This document shows positions 16,688 through 25,694 of a DNA stretch of 64,000 nt, piece after piece. The notes below the pieces were generated by a model. That model searched no databases, was not told the origin of the DNA, and worked only from the letters and a program-made list of their open reading frames with translations. The position numbers and the translations under genes were made by a program. Position 1 is the stretch's first letter. Each line of letters starts with the position of its first letter. Source of the DNA: Deltaproteobacteria bacterium (GTDB lineage Bacteria > Desulfobacterota > Dissulfuribacteria > Dissulfuribacterales > JALVPX01); assembly GCA_027023445.1 (NCBI GenBank), contig JALVVK010000126.1, positions 4,740 to 68,739 on the forward strand, read 5' to 3'.

Positions 16688-18421
16688 TCACTCCCTGATT
16701 GAATGACTGTTCATTACCTCTTCCATTTGGTCTTTTGCCCATTTCAGACCCGGATCCAGTTCCAGGGCCATGCGGTACCAGACAACAGCCGCTTCTCCCA
16801 TACCCATCGCCCTGAGGTTACTGGCAATATTAGCGTAATCAATGGCAGAGCCGGGGTCAATATTAATTGCCTGCTCAAAGGCCTCGATTGCCTCAACATG
16901 TCTTCCGGTCTTGAATAAACAATATCCCATGAGATTAAAAATTTCCTTGAGGTTGGGGTTCATTTCCCGGGCCTTTTGAAGCTGCTCAAGCGCGGGAGCG
17001 TACTCACCGAGCTCCTTTAAACAAAGCCCCTTATGACAATAAATGCTGGCAAGCTCCCCCGAATCCGGATCAAGATCCAGCGCTTTTTCATACCACTTCA
17101 GCGCATCCGGATAACGCCCGGCCTTCTCCAGCACATGCCCCATATAAAAGGCCACATCGTATCTCTCTGGATAAACCTCACAAATTAAACCCAGCGTCCT
17201 GATTCCATGCTCAGGGGTGCCAAAGGTGGCGGCAATCCTTGCCGCATGAAATGCCAGATCCATGTTTATGGTCCTGTCACGAAAATGATTACCCGGAATT
17301 ACCACGTACACGGCAGGCACATTTAAAACAGGATGCGTGACATCAACCAGAAGGGGATTCAGGCCCGATTCTGACAAAACATGACAGGCGTTTTCCACCT
17401 CAGTCCGAAAATTGTCATGGCTGCAGTTGGGAAGATCATCCAGGCCAACCGTGGTAGAAGACTCAAGGACATAAGCAGCCTCGGCCAGGGTTCCAAACTT
17501 GGGAAGACCGCTTTCCACATAGCTGCCCTCCGTATCAAAATCTCCGGCAAGCTGAGCCACCTCTGTCAGAGCTCGTATCAATGCCCTTTCCGGATGCGTT
17601 GCGGTACCCGCCGTATATACAATCTCACTCCTGCTCGGATACGTGGCAGGATCCCATGCAATAACTCCCACAGTAGGAACTCCAAGCCCCAGGCTGAAAT
17701 CCTTCAGTACCACGTTCACCCCTGCCGCGCTGAATCTGTCAAGCAACAGCCTTGCATCCCCATCCGGTACCGAATCAGGATTAATAGTGGGAACACTGAG
17801 CCTCTCATAGGTAATCATGGAACATACATGACGTTCCACCACCTCACAAAGACCCTGAACAGCTGCCTCTTCCAGGGAATTACCGGCAGCCGCTCCGTTG
17901 TATTCATTAATTGGCCAGAACCAGGAAAAAGGCATATAGCACCACCTGGCCAATGAAGGCGAATAGGCTCTCACCCACTCCATGGGCAGTAAACGGACAA
18001 GCTCCTTCTCCTCCATCGAAGGCTCCGCCCCAAGGTGCAGGGCGGAAAGCATCTGCCCAAGCTCCAGGGCATCGGCTCCCAAATCCTTCATGGTGCAATT
18101 TCTGCGTACGCCTTCCCTGAGAAAACTGAAGATACTGAAACGCTCAACCAGCTCCATCACAGCGCTGGCCTTGGCCTGTTCAGGGGTAACCCCCTTGCCC
18201 ATCTGCCTGGCGGATCCGGTCAACCGGGTAGCTCCTGGCGAATAACGGCTCACATACACAGGAATACCAAGCCTTCCCTTATCAACCCTTCTGACTTCTT
18301 CGAGAACAGGCACATCCAGAGCGGAGAAACGGCTGTACACCCAGTCCAGGGTCTCAGCCGGACCTCTTGCCTTATCAAATCTTATTCCAGATTCCTTAAA
18401 GCTGTCTTTTAAAAACGTCAT
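16688..18421 (-). CDS. YcaO-domain protein with C-terminal TPR repeats
   Basis: The ORF is 577 aa. The N-terminal 400 aa show YcaO hallmarks (GKGVTPEQAKASAVMELVERFS...). The C-terminal roughly 170 aa are canonical 34-aa TPR units (AFYMGHVLEKAGRYPDALKWYEKALDLDP, and so on). Confidence 0.9.
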   Translation of the reverse strand: MTFLKDSFKESGIRFDKARGPAETLDWVYSRFSALDVPVLEEVRRVDKGRLGIPVYVSRYSPGATRLTGSARQMGKGVTPEQAKASAVMELVERFSIFSFLREGVRRNCTMKDLGADALELGQMLSALHLGAEPSMEEKELVRLLPMEWVRAYSPSLARWCYMPFSWFWPINEYNGAAAGNSLEEAAVQGLCEVVERHVCSMITYERLSVPTINPDSVPDGDARLLLDRFSAAGVNVVLKDFSLGLGVPTVGVIAWDPATYPSRSEIVYTAGTATHPERALIRALTEVAQLAGDFDTEGSYVESGLPKFGTLAEAAYVLESSTTVGLDDLPNCSHDNFRTEVENACHVLSESGLNPLLVDVTHPVLNVPAVYVVIPGNHFRDRTINMDLAFHAARIAATFGTPEHGIRTLGLICEVYPERYDVAFYMGHVLEKAGRYPDALKWYEKALDLDPDSGELASIYCHKGLCLKELGEYAPALEQLQKAREMNPNLKEIFNLMGYCLFKTGRHVEAIEAFEQAINIDPGSAIDYANIASNLRAMGMGEAAVVWYRMALELDPGLKWAKDQMEEVMNSHSIRE

Positions 18422-18681
18422 TTAAAAACCAAGATCAAGGTACACGGTGCCAGTGCACGGTACATGGTGTGAAAGGAGAATTGTTTCCCATTTCCGACAG
18501 ATACGCACGCTACAAGTTGCCAACCCGGCGGCGATACCGGCCCGCGCATCAGGTAAACCATGGAATCTCAAAATCCATTCCTGACAACATTTTACCGAAA
18601 ACACTGATGATTAACGAGGATATCCTGAACAAGCATCTTCCATGCCAGAGGGTAATTCCCCTGGCATGGCCTCTGCCTGGA

Positions 18682-19173
18682 TCAGACAAAGCGGCTGGCG
18701 ACCTCGTTGACAAGGGCCTCCGCCTGGAACCAGTCGGCCTGATCATCTCCAGGGGTCTTTCCCCTGGCCTCGTAGATGGAAAAGGCCACATTGGCAATCC
18801 ACTGAAACCTTGCCTCATCCGGATCGGAATCCTCCAGATAGACAAAACTCATCCTGGTCTTGGGTGCTCCCTGAATCTGCAGACCAACCACGGGATTCGG
18901 CGCATCGTCATCCTTAATAAGGTAAATAGCCCTTGGAACCTCAACCGAATGGAACGCCCGCACAGGGTCCCCGGAATCGGAAATACCGAGATAGACCTCC
19001 AGTTTCCGGTCTTCAGGATCATAGGTTACGCCTGCCAGGGGAAGGCCCGGGCTTCCCACCAGAACATCGTCTCCCAACAGTAAGGTGACGCGTCTGAACT
19101 GATTCTGACGACTAAAATCCTTGACAAAATCCGGCCACTCTTTCTTTAAAATACGTGTTTTCTTTGATGCCAT
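18682..19173 (-). CDS. Hypothetical protein, DUF5335-like N-terminus plus DUF2934-like C-terminus
   Basis: The ORF is 163 aa with a good RBS (AAGGAGG before the ATG). The C-terminal motif IANVAFSIYEARGKTPGDDQADWFQAE matches the DUF2934 pattern as I remember it. Confidence 0.6.
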   Translation of the reverse strand: MASKKTRILKKEWPDFVKDFSRQNQFRRVTLLLGDDVLVGSPGLPLAGVTYDPEDRKLEVYLGISDSGDPVRAFHSVEVPRAIYLIKDDDAPNPVVGLQIQGAPKTRMSFVYLEDSDPDEARFQWIANVAFSIYEARGKTPGDDQADWFQAEALVNEVASRFV

Positions 19174-19318
19174 GCAGACACCTCCTTAATTAAAGACCAC
19201 GGACCCTGTTAATTCCTTTCTGACTCAAACAAAATATTTTGTCAAACAAAAAACCCGGGCATTCCGGCACAGCCTCCTGATCTGCAGGCAGGCAAGCCCC
19301 TGAAGGCCGGTCAGTTTT

Positions 19319-21355
19319 CTAACTTATCGGATCATAATGCGAAAACACCATGGTAAATGTTCCCCTGCCCTGGGTAACAGATCTTAAGGCAGTGGAGTAG
19401 CCGAACATCCTTGAAAGCGGCACCACCGCCCTTATGACCTGTATCGGTCCACGCGGCTCAATCTGTTCAATTCTTCCCTGGCGGCTGTTGATATCGCCTA
19501 TAACCTCCCCCATGAAGGCCTCTGGCACAAGCACCTCAAGACTCATCATGGGTTCAAGCAACACCGGGTCCGCTTGCTCACAGGCATGCCTGAGCCCCAT
19601 GGAGGCGGCCGCCCTGAAGGCGATATCCGTAGAGGCCCCCTCCTGGAATACCGCTTCCTTCAACCTGACCTCCACATCCACCATGGGAAAACCCTGAAGC
19701 ACGCCGCTCTCCAGGCCCTGTTCCAATGCCTGCAAAATCAAATCCAGATATCCCTCCGGAAGCTGTTCCGCCATGACCTCCGGGACCACCGAGTTGCCCT
19801 GACCGCGTTCCCTTGGAGCCACCTCAAGAACCACGGTCGCCACCTGTCTGGCCCCGGCAACCTCCCTGTCAAAACGTTCGGTCCACAAGACCTTTTTCTG
19901 GATGGTTTCCCGGTAAACGACCTGTGGCCTGCCCACGGTCACAGGCGCGTTAAACTCCCGCAGCAACCTGTGAACAAGGACATCCAGGTGAAGTTCCCCC
20001 ATGCCGGATATAATGGTCTGGCCTGTCTCCTCGTCAAACTTTACCCTGAAGGTGGGATCCTCTTCGGAGAGTTTACTCAACGCCGCGTCTATCTTTTCCT
20101 GATCACCCGCGGTTTTCGGCTCAACGGCAACGGATATGACCGGCTGATAGGTCTCGATCCGCTCAAGCAGTATCGGATGGTCAGGGCCACAGATGGTATC
20201 TCCCGTAGCCGTGTTCTTCAGCCCCATGACCGCCACGATGTCCCCGGCCCCGCTCTCCTTTATCCTCTCACGCTTGTTCGCGTGCATCCTGAGTATCCTG
20301 GCTGCCTTCTCCCTGCACTTTTTCCCCGGATTCAGGACCTCATCCCCCACCCTCAGGACCCCTGAATAAATCCTGACATATGTCATCTTCCTGCCCTGAT
20401 CCATCTGCACCTTAAACGCAAGGGCCGCAAACGGGGCATTTTCCCTTGGAGGCCTCTCGACATCCTGCCCGGTTTCAGGGTTAATGCCACGGACAGGGGG
20501 TATATCCAGGGGACTGGGAAGGTAACGGGAGATGGCTTCAAGTACCGGCTGCACCCCCTTGTTTTTAAGGGCGGAACCGCACAATACCGGCACACCATTA
20601 AGACCTATGCATGCCTTTCTGATGGCATCGTGGATTTCCCTGTCAGAGATATCCTCTTCTCCGAGATACTTTTCCATAATAACATCATCCACCTCCGCCA
20701 GACTCTCAAGCAGGGACTCCCTGGCCAGCGCGACCTCATCCGCATACTCCCCGGGCACAGGGACCATTTCAAACCGGCTGCCCTGGCTCTCTTCATCCCA
20801 GACAATCAGTTTCTGCGCCAGGACATCAAAGACCCCCCTGAACCGGTCCTCGGAACCGCAGGGGAGATTCAGTATGAGCGGATGTGCGCCCAGCCGCTCC
20901 TTCATCTGTTCAACAGTGCCCTTAAAATCCGCCCCTAACCGGTCCATCTTGTTGATAAAGGCTATTTTGGGAACCCCATATCTGTCTGCCTGATGCCAGA
21001 CATTCTCTGACTGGGGCTCTACCCCGCCTACCGCGCAAAACACTCCGACCGCGCCATCCAGCACCCTCAGGGAACGCTCCACCTCAATGGTAAAATCCAC
21101 ATGCCCCGGGGTATCTATGATATGGATCTCCCGGCCCTTCCAGTAACAGGTGGTAACCGCGGATGTTATGGTGATGCCGCGCTCCTGTTCCTCAGGCATC
21201 CAGTCCATGGTGGCCTGGCCGTCATGAACCTCACCTATCTTGTGGGTCTTTCCCGTGTAATACAATATACGCTCGGTGAGCGTGGTCTTTCCCGCGTCAA
21301 TATGGGCAATGATGCCAATGTTCCGCACCTGTCTGATTCTGTTTTCACCAGCCAT
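19319..21355 (-). CDS. fusA: Elongation factor G paralog (stand-alone, not in an str operon)
   Basis: I set the start at the ATG at 21355 ([25 protein letters not shown]...DTPGHVDF...NKMD). The 678-aa protein has full five-domain EF-G colinearity. No rpsL, rpsG or tuf genes flank it. Confidence 0.93.
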   Translation of the reverse strand: MAGENRIRQVRNIGIIAHIDAGKTTLTERILYYTGKTHKIGEVHDGQATMDWMPEEQERGITITSAVTTCYWKGREIHIIDTPGHVDFTIEVERSLRVLDGAVGVFCAVGGVEPQSENVWHQADRYGVPKIAFINKMDRLGADFKGTVEQMKERLGAHPLILNLPCGSEDRFRGVFDVLAQKLIVWDEESQGSRFEMVPVPGEYADEVALARESLLESLAEVDDVIMEKYLGEEDISDREIHDAIRKACIGLNGVPVLCGSALKNKGVQPVLEAISRYLPSPLDIPPVRGINPETGQDVERPPRENAPFAALAFKVQMDQGRKMTYVRIYSGVLRVGDEVLNPGKKCREKAARILRMHANKRERIKESGAGDIVAVMGLKNTATGDTICGPDHPILLERIETYQPVISVAVEPKTAGDQEKIDAALSKLSEEDPTFRVKFDEETGQTIISGMGELHLDVLVHRLLREFNAPVTVGRPQVVYRETIQKKVLWTERFDREVAGARQVATVVLEVAPRERGQGNSVVPEVMAEQLPEGYLDLILQALEQGLESGVLQGFPMVDVEVRLKEAVFQEGASTDIAFRAAASMGLRHACEQADPVLLEPMMSLEVLVPEAFMGEVIGDINSRQGRIEQIEPRGPIQVIRAVVPLSRMFGYSTALRSVTQGRGTFTMVFSHYDPIS

Positions 21356-21515
21356 TATTCTTTTCCCTGTTATGTGGTAATGTCCATTGACAAAACTGTT
21401 CGATCTATTTAACAAAAAGGATGTCAACCCACAATAGCACAAATGAGGTGTCGGGGCACTTATGGAAGATGGTTACGAAGGATTCCGCATCCGGCTGTAA
21501 CACACAGGAGGTTTT

Positions 21516-22058
21516 GTGGCCACAAAATCAGTAATGAGCTCAAGTGAAATAGACAGGGCGCTTACCCGTATGGCCCATGAGATCGTCGAAAAACATAAGG
21601 GTGCGAGCGGACTTGTACTGATCGGCATCAGGACGGGAGGCGCGCCACTTGCCAGCCGGCTTACGGAAAAAATCGCCCTGGCCGAAGGAAGCAAGCCGCC
21701 TACCGGGATTCTGGACATCAATCTCTACAGGGATGACTGGAGCCGCCTTGGCCAGCACCCGGTTGTAAGAAAGACCGAGATCCCGCTTTCCATAGACGAC
21801 CGGAACATCGTGCTTGTTGACGATGTAATCTATACAGGGCGAACCATCCGGGCCGCGCTTGACGCACTGATGGATTTTGGCCGTCCGAAGAGGATACAGT
21901 TAGCGGTTCTTGTGGACCGGGGAAGGAGAGAACTTCCCATCCAACCTGATTTCGTGGGCATCAGGCTGCAGACTTCCTCCAGGGAGCGGGTAAATGTCTA
22001 CCTCAAGGAAATTTCAGGCCGTGACGAGGTGGTGATTGAGCAGAGCCAATCCGCCTGA
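21516..22058 (+). CDS. pyrR: Bifunctional pyrimidine operon regulator / uracil phosphoribosyltransferase PyrR
   Basis: The ORF is 180 aa with a GTG start after AGGAGG. PyrR motifs are present (LVLIGIRTGG, the VLVDDVIYTGRTIRAA PRPP loop, LAVLVDRGRRELPIQPD). Confidence 0.93.
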   Translation: MATKSVMSSSEIDRALTRMAHEIVEKHKGASGLVLIGIRTGGAPLASRLTEKIALAEGSKPPTGILDINLYRDDWSRLGQHPVVRKTEIPLSIDDRNIVLVDDVIYTGRTIRAALDALMDFGRPKRIQLAVLVDRGRRELPIQPDFVGIRLQTSSRERVNVYLKEISGRDEVVIEQSQSA

Positions 22059-22080
22059 CCACCCAAGCGTCCGCAGGATA

Positions 22081-22435
22081 TGCTGCCTTGCAGAAACCGG
22101 TTCCACCAACGATCTTGCCATAAGGGCCGCCAAAAGCTGCTGAAACGGCCAAATGACATTTACATCCGGGACAAAAAAGTTTCAGGCATACTGTGTGAAC
22201 TTGTCCCGGAGGCAGACGCCACGGCCCTTGGAACAGGCATCAACATATCCACCAGGACGGACGCCTTTCCATCGGAACTGCGGCACACCGCATCCTCCAT
22301 GCTTGAGCAATGCGGCAATGCCCCACCGAATCCGAGCTTTTCAGCCGTCTGGCAAGACGTCTGCCAAAGACATGGCGCTCTCTTTCCGATGGGAATCTCA
22401 GAGGGCTGTGTAAAAGACTGTCAGGAGTAGAACTT
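22081..22435 (+). pseudogene. Biotin--protein ligase (birA) relic with an internal deletion and frameshifts
   Basis: Frame 2 reads LAETGSTNDLAIRAAKSC-stop, which resembles BirA IDSTNQYL. Frame 1 continues KRPNDIYIRDKKVSGILCEL...LGTGINIS, which resembles KWPNDLYL.DRKLAGILVEL...GAGINM. The GRGRxGRxW biotin loop between them is missing. A third frame carries ...ESELFSRLARRLPKTWRSL. The relic runs directly into the pdxA start. Confidence 0.6.
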
Positions 22436-23470
22436 ATGCAAGCGAAAATGCCGGAACAAAACAAGATTCTTGGGATTACCATGGGATGTCCGGCAGGAGT
22501 CGGCCCCGAGGTGATCCTTAAGGCCTTCTCACGCAGGCCGGAATGGGTTCTCAACCCGTCTGCCGTCGTCATCGGGGACATGGCCGTTCTGCGCAGGGCA
22601 TCCTCTGCCATGGGCGTTGATTTTCCCCTTGTTCCCTGGACTCCAGGCATGGAACCTGCCTCCGGATCCATCAACGTGTTCGAGGCAACCGGGCTCGACC
22701 CGGACGCAGTGCCCTGGGGCGGCCCCAACAGGGAATCAGGCATGGCGTCGTATCAGTACGTGGTAAAGGGGATAGAGCTGTGCAAAAAAGGGGTGCTTTC
22801 CGGCCTGGCAACAGCGCCTATCAGCAAAACCGGGCTCAGGATGGCGGATGTCCGTTATCCCGGCCACACAGAAATCCTGGCGGACATGACAGGCACCGTG
22901 TCCTATGCCATGATGATGGCAGGATCAAGGCTGAAGGTGATACTGGTCACCATCCACTGCGCACTTAAAGACGTGCCGGGGAAGATAAGCAGGGAACAGA
23001 TAGTGGAAAAGATAAGGCTTGCGTCCCAGGCCCTTTCCCGGGACCTTGGCCTTGAATCCGCGAAAATTGCCGTCGCGGGCCTCAATCCCCACGCGGGAGA
23101 GGGCGGCATCATGGGTGATGAGGAGGAACTCATCATCGCCCCTGCCGTGGAGCAGGCCCGCAAGCTGGGCATGGATGTCAGCGGTCCATTCCCACCGGAC
23201 ACTGTTTTTTACAACGCGGCACAGGGCGCCTTTGACGCGGTGATCTGCCAATACCACGATCAGGGTCTGATCCCCTTCAAGCTCTTACACTTCAGGGACG
23301 GAGTAAATGTCACCCTGGGGCTTCCCTTTGTGCGCACATCTGTTGACCATGGCACGGCATACGACATCGCGGGCAAGAATATCGCGCACAGCGAGAGTAT
23401 GGAGGCGGCAGTGGATCTTGCCGTGAAAATGATCAGGAACCGGTCACACCAGGCAGTTGGCAGAAAATAA
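22436..23470 (+). CDS. pdxA: 4-hydroxythreonine-4-phosphate dehydrogenase
   Basis: The ATG at 22436 follows CAGGAG. PdxA motifs are present (ILGITMGCPAGVGPEV, YPGHTE, GLNPHAGEGG, CQYHDQGLIPFK, VRTSVDHGTA). Confidence 0.92.
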   Translation: MQAKMPEQNKILGITMGCPAGVGPEVILKAFSRRPEWVLNPSAVVIGDMAVLRRASSAMGVDFPLVPWTPGMEPASGSINVFEATGLDPDAVPWGGPNRESGMASYQYVVKGIELCKKGVLSGLATAPISKTGLRMADVRYPGHTEILADMTGTVSYAMMMAGSRLKVILVTIHCALKDVPGKISREQIVEKIRLASQALSRDLGLESAKIAVAGLNPHAGEGGIMGDEEELIIAPAVEQARKLGMDVSGPFPPDTVFYNAAQGAFDAVICQYHDQGLIPFKLLHFRDGVNVTLGLPFVRTSVDHGTAYDIAGKNIAHSESMEAAVDLAVKMIRNRSHQAVGRK

Positions 23471-23474
23471 AATC

Positions 23475-24398
23475 ATGACGGCTGAACCGGTAGTGGCAAT
23501 TAATGGCCTGACAAAGGTCTTCGGGAAAAGACAGGCGGTGGCAGGCCTGAGGCTGGAAATCCTTCCTGGGGAATGCCTTGCGCTCTTAGGGCCAAACGGC
23601 GCGGGCAAGACCACCACCATCCATATCCTGCTCGGCCTTGTCAGGCCCACCAGCGGAAAACTCAAGGTATTCGGAAGGGACCTTTTCAAAAACCTGACAT
23701 GGACCAAGTCCAGAATAGGCGTTGTGCCCCAGAACGACAACCTTGACCCTGACCTGACCGTCATGGAAAACCTGCTCACATACGCCTCGTACTTCAGGAT
23801 AAAACGGCGGATCGCCCTTAAACGCTCCGGAGATCTTCTGAATTTCTTTGCGCTTAAAAACCGGAGCAACGACATCATACAGCACCTTTCCGGAGGACAA
23901 AGGCGAAGGCTTCTCCTCGCAAGGGCACTCATAAACGCCCCGGACCTTCTCATCCTTGATGAACCAACCATTGGACTTGACCCGCAGGCAAGACATCTTA
24001 TGTGGGAAAGGCTCCGCGCCCTGAGGGAACAGGGCACCACCATGCTGCTTACCACCCACTACATGGAAGAGGTCGGAAAACTGGCAAGCAGGGTGCTTAT
24101 CCTGAATCAGGGCAAACTGGTCGCCCAGGGCAGGCCCGGAGAACTGGTAACAAAAAAGGTCGGCATAGAGGTGTTTGAGGTACAGGATGGCATATCCGAC
24201 CTTAAAAAACTCCGAAACAGCCTTAAATCCTGTGATGTTGAAACCGAGCTGGTAAAGGATATACTCTATATATACGCCCACGCACACTGTGAAGAACTGG
24301 AGAGGCTGGCTGCCAGGTATCCCCGCCTGGTCCGCAGACCGGCCAATCTGGAGGATCTTTTCCTGAGACTTACCGGCAGAAAGCTGAGAGAAAATTAG
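23475..24398 (+). CDS. ABC transporter ATP-binding protein (ABC-2/NodI-like exporter)
   Basis: It has the Walker A GPNGAGKTT, the signature LSGGQRRRL and the Walker B LLILDEPT. The ORF-track start at 23457 is a TTG, so I prefer the ATG at 23475. Confidence 0.9.
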   Translation: MTAEPVVAINGLTKVFGKRQAVAGLRLEILPGECLALLGPNGAGKTTTIHILLGLVRPTSGKLKVFGRDLFKNLTWTKSRIGVVPQNDNLDPDLTVMENLLTYASYFRIKRRIALKRSGDLLNFFALKNRSNDIIQHLSGGQRRRLLLARALINAPDLLILDEPTIGLDPQARHLMWERLRALREQGTTMLLTTHYMEEVGKLASRVLILNQGKLVAQGRPGELVTKKVGIEVFEVQDGISDLKKLRNSLKSCDVETELVKDILYIYAHAHCEELERLAARYPRLVRRPANLEDLFLRLTGRKLREN

Positions 24399-24402
24399 GC
24401 CG

Positions 24403-25152
24403 ATGTTATTCCACAAGGTATGGCTGAGAAACGCCAGGGTCTGGCGAAAACATATCAGGGCAAGCCTCATAGGCAATCTAGGACAGCCCTTTTTGTTCCT
24501 GTTGGCCATGGGCTATGGACTTGGCAGGCAGATTCCGGAAATCCATGGGCTTACCTACCTGCAGTTTATCGCTCCGGGCCTTGTTACTTCAGCGGTAATG
24601 TACAGCGCGGCATTTGAGACCACCTATGGATCCTATACCCGGCTCTCAACCCAGCGCACCTTTGAGGGCATACTCATGACCCCTGTAAGTGTGGAAGGCC
24701 TGGCCATGGGAGAGGTCTTCTGGGGCGCCACCAAGGGGCTCATATCCGGCATTATCATGCTTTGCGCCCTGCCCCTTTTCAACCTTGTTCCCTCCCCATG
24801 GGCCTCGCTCCTCATACCCTTGCTTTTCATCGAGGGGGTTTTCTTCGCGGCCCTTGGCCTTGTAATGACAACGCTTGCCCATGACTATGAATTCTTTAAC
24901 TACTTCACATCCCTTATAATAACCCCGTTGTTTCTTTTCTCAGGCATATTTTTCCCCATCAATGCCATGAATCCCGCAGCGCAGAAGATTCTTTACATCC
25001 TGCCGCTGACTCACGTGGTATCTCTTTCCCGAATGCTGTGCTACGGCCGTATCGACTCCACCTGGACATTCAACTTTCTCGTAATCCTTTCGGTTGCCGT
25101 TCTTGCCGCCTACACGGCAACTGTTCTGATGAGACGCAGGCTTATACAATGA
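24403..25152 (+). CDS. ABC-2 type transporter permease (NodJ-like)
   Basis: The ORF is 249 aa with a 6-TM hydrophobic profile. It starts 4 nt after the ATPase stop. Confidence 0.85.
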   Translation: MLFHKVWLRNARVWRKHIRASLIGNLGQPFLFLLAMGYGLGRQIPEIHGLTYLQFIAPGLVTSAVMYSAAFETTYGSYTRLSTQRTFEGILMTPVSVEGLAMGEVFWGATKGLISGIIMLCALPLFNLVPSPWASLLIPLLFIEGVFFAALGLVMTTLAHDYEFFNYFTSLIITPLFLFSGIFFPINAMNPAAQKILYILPLTHVVSLSRMLCYGRIDSTWTFNFLVILSVAVLAAYTATVLMRRRLIQ

Positions 25153-25694
25153 CAGAAAGGCAAAAAGATATGGAGGTCACCATTGGCCTTTCAGATCTTT
25201 CGGATACGGAAAGGCTTGCCAGACATCTGGCACAGGCCCTTGATCCAGGCGACATAATACTGCTCTCAGGGAACCTGGGCACGGGGAAAACGGCCTTCAC
25301 AAAGGCCCTTGCTCAGGCGCTCGGGGTCCCCGCCCGCAGGATTACGAGCCCGTCCTTTGGCCTGCTTCACCATTATCCGGAGGCGGAAATTCCCCTGGTA
25401 CATGTTGATCTCTACCGCATGGGGCACGACGCGGACCCCGGCGCGATCGGCCTGGATGAATACCTGGACAACCTACATATTGTTGTTATAGAGTGGGCAA
25501 ACTACCTTATGTCGGGTCTTAAATGGACAAAGCAGGCGTTAACGCTGCATCTGGACTGGATCGACCAGGACAGAAGGCAGGCCACATTAAGGACTCAGGA
25601 GGAAAACTGGATGCAAAGGATAAAGGGGCTCATGCCCGTCATACACAAAAATCTCACAGGTAACAGGAAACATGACAAGCGTTCCGGTCCCTGA
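25149..25694 (+). CDS. tsaE: tRNA t6A37 biosynthesis ATPase TsaE
   Basis: The ATG at 25149 overlaps the permease stop as ATGA. TsaE motifs are present (LSGNLGTGKTAFTKALAQALG...SPSFGLLHHY...HVDLYR). Confidence 0.85.
   Translation: MTERQKDMEVTIGLSDLSDTERLARHLAQALDPGDIILLSGNLGTGKTAFTKALAQALGVPARRITSPSFGLLHHYPEAEIPLVHVDLYRMGHDADPGAIGLDEYLDNLHIVVIEWANYLMSGLKWTKQALTLHLDWIDQDRRQATLRTQEENWMQRIKGLMPVIHKNLTGNRKHDKRSGP

Noticed and set aside
16197-18421. dsrC and ycaO as one operon.
   Set aside because: A 170-bp gap with a TTGACA-17-TATGAA promoter-like element and a strong RBS precedes dsrC, and dsrC has its own terminator. The adjacency is noted as a finding, but co-transcription is not supported by the sequence.
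21443-21515. PyrR-binding attenuator hairpin upstream of pyrR.
   Set aside because: I could not find the conserved PyrR binding-loop sequence (ARUCCAGAGAGG-like) in the 73-nt upstream region.
22080-22430. The track ORF at 22080-22430 as a functional 116-aa protein.
   Set aside because: It is a mosaic of BirA fragments that continue in other frames, and it lacks the catalytic loop. I annotate it as a pseudogene instead.
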